Virus record (IMG/VR): IMGVR_UViG_3300035180_001680
Strand: one strand, 5' to 3'
Source of the DNA: a virus
Taxonomy: Duplodnaviria > Caudoviricetes
DNA: 64,000 nt
Positions 57,035 through 64,000 of the stretch are shown here, piece by piece; positions within the stretch are counted from its first letter, which is position 1; each line of letters opens with the position of its first letter. The position numbers and the translations under genes were made by a program. The notes under the pieces were generated by a model that had not been told where the DNA came from, made no database searches, and saw only the letters and a program-made list of their open reading frames with translations.

Positions 57035-58033
57035 ATGTCACATATTGATGATATGGAAGAGTTTAATGAAAGAGTTGCGGAACGTGCCCGAGTTAAATTA
57101 CAAAAGTTGAGAGGTACCGAGATTGTTTCTGATTATCCGAGTCCGGTTCCAAAAACAACGGAAGAGGCAAAGGTAAGCGCACAGATGTGGGCTGTATATG
57201 GTGGAGACAGGTTTAGTCCTTGTGAGTATTCTGAAAAAATTCTCCCCCCTGGACAATATACAGTCGAACATTCGGATTCAATTGGAACTCATTTTCACGC
57301 TGTAACTACAAATCTGGATGGTTTATTGGAACTTCCTGATTCAGCGGCGGAAGCAGTCATCAAAGAGGTTAAATCTTTTTGGAATAAGGAGCAACATTTC
57401 CGAAAATTTGGATTTATGTGGAAACGTGGAATTATGCTGTGGGGACCTCCAGGTAGTGGAAAAACAGTATGTGTTCAACAAATATCTCAATTCGTTGTAA
57501 AATCAGGTGGTGTTGCATTATACATTAATACTCCATCCTATGATGTTAAAGGTCTTCGATTACTGCGTCAAATTGAACCTAATCGTCCACTTGTGATTAT
57601 ACTTGAAGATATTGATTCAATTATTGATGCACACGGAGAGAGTTCGTTGTTAGCTCTACTGGATGGTGAACTTCAAATTGATAATGTGTTGTTTATCGCA
57701 ACTACGAACTACCCAGAACGTTTAGATAAGCGGTTTATCAATCGTCCAAGTCGGTTTGATTTGGTTAAGAAAATTGGAATGCCATCAAATGAAGCCCGAG
57801 AAGCATATTTTCGGGCTAAAAATTCAAGACTTTCACACAATCCTGAAGAATTACGTACGTGGGTGGGTGACACAAAAGGTTTTTCCATTGCCCACATGAA
57901 AGAGTTGATTGTTTCTGTTGAAGTGTTTGAAGTAAGGTATGAAGAAGCATTAGCTCGTCTAAAAAAGATGATGGATGTAAAAGTATCATCAGATAATAAC
58001 GATGAATCAAGTTTTGGTTTTATGAACAGGTAA
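57035..58033 (+). CDS. AAA+ ATPase
   Basis: GPPGSGKT, ILEDID, ATTNYPERLD...RPSRFD. Confidence 0.92.
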   Translation: MSHIDDMEEFNERVAERARVKLQKLRGTEIVSDYPSPVPKTTEEAKVSAQMWAVYGGDRFSPCEYSEKILPPGQYTVEHSDSIGTHFHAVTTNLDGLLELPDSAAEAVIKEVKSFWNKEQHFRKFGFMWKRGIMLWGPPGSGKTVCVQQISQFVVKSGGVALYINTPSYDVKGLRLLRQIEPNRPLVIILEDIDSIIDAHGESSLLALLDGELQIDNVLFIATTNYPERLDKRFINRPSRFDLVKKIGMPSNEAREAYFRAKNSRLSHNPEELRTWVGDTKGFSIAHMKELIVSVEVFEVRYEEALARLKKMMDVKVSSDNNDESSFGFMNR

Positions 58034-58036
58034 AAT

Positions 58037-58283
58037 ATGAAAACAGTAGAAAATCCAATATGTGATGCGTGTGGAATAGTTATAACAGACCCGTCTAACG
58101 GTTTTATTATAATGGGAACACGTATACTGCCACAGCACTTCCGGACCGAAGAGAATTAATCGGTAACGCTTTTCCAGGTCCAAACGAGGACGGAATGGTT
58201 TTGTTCAAGAACGTTGTTTTTGTAAGAGTTGCTTTTTCAAAGCACTTGACACAGTATGTTCTAATCCACGTAGTTTAAGGTAA
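58037..58283 (+). pseudogene. Zn-ribbon hypothetical gene broken by two frameshifts
   Basis: CDAC..IIMG, then NTY..LIGNAFP, then FCKSC, in successive frames. Confidence 0.45.
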
Positions 58284-58332
58284 CTCATAGTTTTTAATAT
58301 CTAAATAGTTAGATATTTTGGAGAAAATAAAA

Positions 58333-59388
58333 ATGAAAAAAATAATAGAAAAAGTTTATGATTGGAAAGAAGCACGAGCTTGGAAAAAATACAAAAAAGA
58401 ATTTCTATCAAATAAAACAACACAAGAGGTGATTATATACGAAACGTTATTAGATAACGAACGAAAACATCTTATTCAGCACGACACGTGCAACGATAAT
58501 ACAAAACATAAAGGATTTTGGTGTAGCACCTTTTGTTTTACAAAACCACCATTCTTAAAAAAACATATGTTTATTTTGAGTGTGGTAAAACAAGTGCTGG
58601 ATAAGATGGCGTTGAAAGAGTTAGTTGGTGTTCAACCTATACAAGATCCAGTTAGTCGTGTGTATAATTTACAATTTTCTGAACTAGACCCAAAACCAAA
58701 CAGGAAGACTATTCAAGTTGTTTCAAGTGTGGTTGAAGCCCATACTCGTAAATTACACACATCGTGGGCAGTGGAAGCAAAACAAGATTTACATTCTCTA
58801 TCCAATGTAAACGCTGAACAGGAAATAACTCGTCTGTTAGCAGATGAACTTGTTTATGAACTTACAACAGACGTCTTGGACACCATATCTTCAATTGCAG
58901 AAAGTTCGAAAATAACATTAAATCAAACAAAATCTGTTGAGTTTAATCAAAACGAGATTATTTCGAATATTACTAGACTTGCAAATTCAATTGCCGATGA
59001 CACCAGACGCGGAACTGGTAATTGGGTGGTATTAGACTATGATACGTATAATTTGTTGGCGTCTACCAAACATCCATCATGTAAATTTAAACGTATTAGC
59101 AAATCATCAGCAGCACTTACTTTCGTTGGTACTTTAAATGAAACCATAAAAGTGTACGTTGTTACCAAATTAACAAATGCTTCTGTGTTGGTTGGATACA
59201 AAGGCACGGGGGAAGTGGATGCGGGATTTATTTGGTCACCTTACACAATGATTATGTTAGCTGGTCTAACAATAGATTCTGATACATTCATTCCACGCCA
59301 GACGTTGTTGTATCGGGGTGGACAACATATAGTAGATGGAGAATTCACAAAAGGACAAAACTATTACAGGACTTTGACAATTGAGTAA
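58333..59388 (+). CDS. T4 gp23/gp24-like capsid protein paralog
   Basis: LVGVQPI..P, TRKL.TSW.VEAKQDL, TRRGTGNWVV, VGYKG..E.DAGFIWSPY. Confidence 0.8.
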   Translation: MKKIIEKVYDWKEARAWKKYKKEFLSNKTTQEVIIYETLLDNERKHLIQHDTCNDNTKHKGFWCSTFCFTKPPFLKKHMFILSVVKQVLDKMALKELVGVQPIQDPVSRVYNLQFSELDPKPNRKTIQVVSSVVEAHTRKLHTSWAVEAKQDLHSLSNVNAEQEITRLLADELVYELTTDVLDTISSIAESSKITLNQTKSVEFNQNEIISNITRLANSIADDTRRGTGNWVVLDYDTYNLLASTKHPSCKFKRISKSSAALTFVGTLNETIKVYVVTKLTNASVLVGYKGTGEVDAGFIWSPYTMIMLAGLTIDSDTFIPRQTLLYRGGQHIVDGEFTKGQNYYRTLTIE

Positions 59389-59418
59389 ATACAAAGACCA
59401 GAGAATTGGATTTAATAT

Positions 59419-59940
59419 ATGAGACTAATTAATTTGTTTGAAAGAAAAAGAAAACAACAAAAAGGAACTTATGCTGGAGTCAATTATTCACCTGAAACGA
59501 TTGAACACATTCAAACTTTTTTAAAGAAATACAAGGTTCCAAACCCCGTTGCTCCTGAAAAGATTCATACCACTGTATTATATAGTCGGAAATTTCTTCC
59601 TGACTTTGAACCACGAGGGATGTTGGAAGAACCAATGGAAGCCAAGTCCATGGGTTATCATGTGTGGAAAACTTCTCCAACAAATAAGACAACAGAGCCT
59701 TGGAATTGTTTGGTTATGAAAATTAATTGTCCAGAACTAAAAGATCTTCATGAAAAATATATGAAAGAACATGAAGCTACGTACGATTATGATAAATATG
59801 ACCCCCACATTACTTTGTCATATAATATTGGTAATTTTAATATTGACAATCTTCCAAAGTTTGATTTTCCTTTAGAAATTGTTGAAGAATATTCGGAAGA
59901 TTTAAATTTAGATTGGGCGGAAACTCACGGAACAAAATAA
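59419..59940 (+). CDS. acb1: Acb1 / T4 gp57B-like 2H phosphodiesterase (anti-CBASS)
   Basis: GTYAGV..S..T, VPNPV..EKIHTTVLYSRK, YDYD.YDPHITLSY. Confidence 0.8.
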   Translation: MRLINLFERKRKQQKGTYAGVNYSPETIEHIQTFLKKYKVPNPVAPEKIHTTVLYSRKFLPDFEPRGMLEEPMEAKSMGYHVWKTSPTNKTTEPWNCLVMKINCPELKDLHEKYMKEHEATYDYDKYDPHITLSYNIGNFNIDNLPKFDFPLEIVEEYSEDLNLDWAETHGTK

Positions 59941-60085
59941 TAGAAGTCAAAAGGGCTTGGTACATAATAAGATCGAGTTGTTTCATTAAAAAGATGTTGT
60001 CTAATATAGACAAAAGCGATGAAGATTCCGCAAGAAAATCATTACACCAATATGTTAAATATAAGACACTGGAATACTTACTGAA

Positions 60086-60616
60086 ATGACAACACCAATT
60101 ATTTTTCTTGACTTCGATGGACCGTTGTTCTCAACACGAGCAATGTTGTTCCCGGAAAATAAACTTCATGCAAAAATGCCTGAACATTTAAAAGACGTTT
60201 TACATCCATTCATCTCATATTGGAGAATGGACCCTATCGCTGTTACAATGTTAAATCAAGCGATTGAAATTACTAATGCGGAAGTTGTTATATCATCAAC
60301 GTGGCGTGAGTTACACACAAAAGAAGAGATTTTGGCTTTATTTGATGTGAACGGTCTCAAAGTTGTATTACACGATCATTGGTGTACTCCCAGGAACACT
60401 GAATCAGGATCACATTTGACGAAATACCATCCACACAGATCCAGATTTGAAGAAATTCAAGATTGGCTTAATGAACATCCAGAAATTGTTAAATGGGTTT
60501 CGATTGATGACGACACATCTATCAAACAGTTCCCTCAAAAACATAGAGTTTTAGTTGACGACAATAATGGAATAATGTATAATGATTACATTCGAATTTT
60601 GGAGACATTAAAATGA
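60086..60616 (+). CDS. HAD-family (Swiss-Army-knife RNA-repair-like) phosphatase
   Basis: IIFLDFDGPL, VVISSTWR, R.EEIQDWL, VSIDDD. Confidence 0.8.
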   Translation: MTTPIIFLDFDGPLFSTRAMLFPENKLHAKMPEHLKDVLHPFISYWRMDPIAVTMLNQAIEITNAEVVISSTWRELHTKEEILALFDVNGLKVVLHDHWCTPRNTESGSHLTKYHPHRSRFEEIQDWLNEHPEIVKWVSIDDDTSIKQFPQKHRVLVDDNNGIMYNDYIRILETLK

Positions 60617-60821
60617 GTAAGTTTATCGAATTAACTGAAAGTGAAAGATTGATCGATTTGAGTCGAGCAATTACCTGTGGACCAAATAATGTGGTTAAGG
60701 ATGAATTGGAATGAGGTATGAACTTGGTTCCCACTGGTCTCCAAATAACATTTCATTATATATTACCAGAAAAGATTTTAAAAGATTTTAACAGTTTGGT
60801 AGAAGAGGTATCTCGCTTAAA

Positions 60822-61373
60822 ATGAAAATACTTGGACAGGATATGTTTCTTAATATAATCGTTGCAATTGACAAAAATGGGGTGTTTGGAAATGACAGAG
60901 ATATCCCATGGAAAGACCAACCATTTGCAAAAGACGACTTTAAGCATTTTAAAAAAGTCACCGACAATTCCATCTGTATTATGGGATATAGAACATACGA
61001 AGAAATTCTGAAGATGAAGATATCTCGAGGTGGTGATCCAACAACACCTTTACTTTCTGGAAGAGATTCCTATGTTCTTACATCAAAGACTGAAGGACTC
61101 CCTTCTGATGATTCTGTTAAGTTTGTTCCATTCATTAGAAGTGTTATCGAAGAACTACCGAATGAAGAAACTCGAAGTGTGTTTATTTTGGGTGGAGAAA
61201 AGGTGTTTTTGGAAGCTTTGGCGTGGACAAACACAATTTATTTAACAGTTGTTAAAGGAACATATCCAGGTAACAAATATTTTCCAATTAAATATATGGA
61301 TAAACACTTTAAAATTGAGAGTGGTGAAGAAACAGATGATTTAACCTTCTTGGTTTTAAAAAGGTTTAATTAA
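60822..61373 (+). CDS. folA: Dihydrofolate reductase
   Basis: IVAIDKNGVFG...IPW...DDFKHFK, IMGYRTY, GRDSYVLT, ILGGEKVF. Confidence 0.92.
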   Translation: MKILGQDMFLNIIVAIDKNGVFGNDRDIPWKDQPFAKDDFKHFKKVTDNSICIMGYRTYEEILKMKISRGGDPTTPLLSGRDSYVLTSKTEGLPSDDSVKFVPFIRSVIEELPNEETRSVFILGGEKVFLEALAWTNTIYLTVVKGTYPGNKYFPIKYMDKHFKIESGEETDDLTFLVLKRFN

Positions 61374-61430
61374 ACTGTTGACGAAAACGTATCATGTTGT
61401 ATAATTACTTTAGTGATTTATCAATCTCTC

Positions 61431-61474
61431 AACTAATTCATCCTAGATGCTTCAACATCTGGGATGAATTAGTT
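61431..61474. repeat. IS200 terminal hairpin
   Basis: aactaattcatcctagatgc-ttcaa-catctgggatgaattagtt imperfect palindrome. Confidence 0.75.
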
Positions 61475-61874
61475 GTGGACGACCACCTTGAGTTTCAATA
61501 TAACGCTGAATTGTTTCTCTACTTGCGTCTCCAACTGAACAAGCAAAATATCCATCTGACCAAAACATCTTCTTTTTCCAGAATTGATGTTCTAACTCTG
61601 AATACCTGTCCCAAATATGAAACACGGTGTAAGATTTTAACTGTTTGACAATATTCTGAACAGTTTCTCCAGGAGTGAAGCCAATCATCATATGGACGTG
61701 ATCCTGATCTACCTCGATAGTTTTGATTTCATAAGATTTGGATTGATCAGACCTCGATAATAATAACTGTTTAATTTCGTCGCCAAACTTAATTAAAAGT
61801 TTCTTACGATATTTACAGACAAAAATTATGTGAACTGATAGATTAAAATTACAATACTTTGAATGAATTAACAT
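61452..61874 (-). mobile_element. tnpA: IS200/IS605-family Y1 (HUH) transposase; no tnpB adjacent
   Basis: HIIFVCKYRK, DHVH, FWSDGYFACSVG, YIETQ. Confidence 0.93.
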
Positions 61875-61906
61875 AAATAGATATTAATACATACGAGGCC
61901 AAACAA

Positions 61907-62095
61907 ATGAAAAATCTGCCGGAAGTCCAGTGTAAGCCCGAGCCAACTTTACTAGACCGGTTGGAATCTCCTCACGAATGGGGATACCGCGATACTAATG
62001 ACGACTCCCATCCCTTCATTTGCGACAACACTCCTTGTGTAGCTGCTGTGAGAGGTAGTCTTAGTTTAGCTAGATATGGTTTAGCAGCTACTTAA
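61907..62095 (+). CDS. Hypothetical protein or fragment
   Basis: ORF track only. Confidence 0.35.
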   Translation: MKNLPEVQCKPEPTLLDRLESPHEWGYRDTNDDSHPFICDNTPCVAAVRGSLSLARYGLAAT

Positions 62096-62126
62096 AAATT
62101 TAAAAATTGATAATGATAATAAAATC

Positions 62127-62441
62127 ATGAAACCTTACTTTGTAGTTAGACCAAATATATATGACTTTAGACTAATTGTTAATATAGGTCCTTACGCTGG
62201 TTTAGTTCTAGATTTCTGGAATGTATCTATTGTATCAGTTGATGGTAATCATGAATTACTTTTTGAATACAAGATAATTAAACCAGCAAATGATGATAGT
62301 ATTGATAGCTTAACAGGAAAATATGGACTTGATCCTTCTACAGATATAGATTTCAAAGAATATCTATTACATATCATCATTGAATCTATTAAAGATTTCA
62401 ATGGTGGTAAAGAATTACCTTACCCTAATACAAATTTATAA
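62127..62441 (+). CDS. Hypothetical protein
   Basis: ORF track. Confidence 0.6.
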   Translation: MKPYFVVRPNIYDFRLIVNIGPYAGLVLDFWNVSIVSVDGNHELLFEYKIIKPANDDSIDSLTGKYGLDPSTDIDFKEYLLHIIIESIKDFNGGKELPYPNTNL

Positions 62442-62450
62442 GGAATACAG

Positions 62451-62924
62451 ATGTCTAACTACACAATTACTTCTATTAAAGATGGCGTTATCGTTTTAAA
62501 TATTAATGGCAATAACATTAATTTTCCTCTACCTATTGTAAATGGCTTATACCCTGAAGGTATTGCATTAACCACATTATTGGATAGCTACTATGATAAC
62601 TACATTGCAGCACAGACTCCAGTTATAGCCACTAACGAAGCTGCATTACAGTCTTTAATCACGCCTCCTACTGTTAATGATATGGAACTGGCAATTAGAC
62701 GTGCTAGAAATCGTCTATTAGCACTCACAGACAAAACACAATTGCCTGACTCGCCTGCAGCTCCTATTTCTACTAATTGGGCTACATATCGTGAAGCATT
62801 ACGAAATCTACCAACACAATCTGGATTCCCAACTACTGTAGTTTGGCCAATACCTCCCTCAGTAATAACCAATCCATTCGGTGTAGCTATCACTAATGCT
62901 GATGGATCGCCAGTTACACAATAA
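62451..62924 (+). CDS. Tail fiber assembly chaperone-like protein
   Basis: RRARNRLLALTD..QLPD...WATYREALRNLP.Q.GFP..V.WP. Confidence 0.8.
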   Translation: MSNYTITSIKDGVIVLNINGNNINFPLPIVNGLYPEGIALTTLLDSYYDNYIAAQTPVIATNEAALQSLITPPTVNDMELAIRRARNRLLALTDKTQLPDSPAAPISTNWATYREALRNLPTQSGFPTTVVWPIPPSVITNPFGVAITNADGSPVTQ

Positions 62925-62935
62925 GAGGTTTCATT

Positions 62936-63820
62936 ATGACATTACCAGCTAGTGGTGCTATAGATTTAGGAGAAGTAGACGTAGAATTAGGTTATTCAGC
63001 GTCAGCTACTATTTCATTAAACGATGCAGCAGTACGTAGTTTATTCGGTATTTCAAGTGGTTCAATATCACTAGCAAATGGATATGGTAAATCACATAGC
63101 AATAGTAATGTGGTTAATATTACCATAGCTAGTAATGTTAAGAATTATAATATCTTTGCTAATAGAGGTAGTAACTATAGAGCTGGTATTTCCACTATTA
63201 ATTTAACAATCAATAGCGGTATAGTGGTTGGGTCTACTAGCGCATCTACCTATTCATTGGATACTGGTAGTGGTTGGACTATTGGCGATACCATTTCTAT
63301 TGTAAATAATGGATACATAGCTGGTGCTGGTGGTGATGGTGGTAAAGGTGCGTCGGCCAGCCTCGGTAATGGTGCTCCTGGTATAGCCGGTGGACCCGGC
63401 ATAAACCTCCAGTGGCCTGTATCCATCACTAACGCTAATGGATATATTTATAGTGGCGGAGGAGGTGGTGGAGGTGGTGGAGGCTCTAACGGTGGTGGCG
63501 GTGGTGGAGGTGCTGGATCTATCGCTGGTGTAGGTGGACATGGCCCCAATTACGGTGTTAATGGTGGTTTGGTTAATGGCGGTAACGGTGGGGGTGCGAA
63601 AAACCCCGGTGGCGGTGGGCTTGGACAAAATGGAGCTGGTGGGGGTATTTTTTATAGTGGTGGTGGAGGTGGTGGAGGTGGTGCTAGTGGTGGACATGGT
63701 GGCAATGCTAATTTTGCTCAAGGTGGAACTGGTGGAGGCCATGGCCTCGCTATCCATACTAATGGTAAAGCAATTACTTGGGTATCTGGTAATACCCGAG
63801 TCTATGGTGGCATCACCTAA
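62936..63820 (+). CDS. Glycine-rich tail/receptor-binding protein
   Basis: MTLPASGAIDLGEVDVELG N-terminal module; INNGYIAGAGG.GG and poly-Gly repeats. Confidence 0.8.
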   Translation: MTLPASGAIDLGEVDVELGYSASATISLNDAAVRSLFGISSGSISLANGYGKSHSNSNVVNITIASNVKNYNIFANRGSNYRAGISTINLTINSGIVVGSTSASTYSLDTGSGWTIGDTISIVNNGYIAGAGGDGGKGASASLGNGAPGIAGGPGINLQWPVSITNANGYIYSGGGGGGGGGGSNGGGGGGGAGSIAGVGGHGPNYGVNGGLVNGGNGGGAKNPGGGGLGQNGAGGGIFYSGGGGGGGGASGGHGGNANFAQGGTGGGHGLAIHTNGKAITWVSGNTRVYGGIT

Positions 63821-63838
63821 CTTTATAAGATGATTCAT

Positions 63839-64000
63839 TATGACATTACCAGCTAGTGGTGCTATAGATTTAGGAGAAGTAGACGTAGAATTAGGTTATT
63901 CAGCGTCAGCTACTATTTCATTAAACGATGCAGCAGTACGTAGTTTATTCGGTATTTCAAGTGGTTCAATATCACTAGCAAATGGATATGGTAAATCACA
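63839..64000 (+). CDS. Second tail gene with identical N-terminus; 3'-truncated by the window
   Basis: 63834-64000 is identical to 62931-63097. Confidence 0.75.

Noticed and set aside
61452-61906. TnpB/IscB RNA-guided nuclease locus
   Set aside because: Only tnpA is present; no RuvC-containing ORF is adjacent.
663-63838. Numerous antisense or nested ORFs in the six-frame track (e.g. 663-1025, 13447-13878, 14251-14790, 63254-63838)
   Set aside because: They are shadows of well-supported genes on the opposite strand or frame, with no RBS or recognisable motifs.
1-64000. Alternative genetic code (stop-codon reassignment)
   Set aside because: Long conserved genes are intact under code 11, and TAG, TGA and TAA all terminate genes at expected positions.

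Overview
AT-rich, gene-dense 64 kb segment of a large tailed phage genome, most likely a T4-superfamily-like jumbo myovirus. Evidence: TATAAATA late-promoter motifs, a gp23-like capsid paralog, and proteins with putative capsid-targeting leaders. The host is probably Gram-negative, since the window carries a spanin-like pair, lipoproteins and a porin. Contents in order: tail-fiber genes followed by a modification cluster (2OG-Fe oxygenase, MAF/GT29-like, sulfotransferase, radical SAM); an NAD+ salvage and anti-defence block (NadM-Nudix, NadR-like kinase, NadV, frameshifted Tad2/DUF2829); a Met-rich/vWA/PurA-like cluster with a LAGLIDADG intein; a c-di-GMP-I (GEMM) riboswitch heading a three-gene operon of secreted proteins (top finding); a diverged duplicated LD-transpeptidase/lipoprotein/NAD kinase module lying between the two halves of a NADAR gene; putative virion-packaged proteins (kinase-like, 2H phosphoesterases including an Acb1/gp57B homolog); prkA-yeaH-spoVR (with intein); phoH; a porin plus periplasmic-binding-protein operon; thyA with an in-frame HNH-like insert; Thg1, NAD-dependent ligase and DHFR; an IS200 tnpA plus a miniature derivative; and further tail genes. 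No tRNA, rRNA or CRISPR array was seen. All calls come from motif recognition by eye; no searches were run. Several genes are broken by indels or stops, which could be real decay or assembly error.
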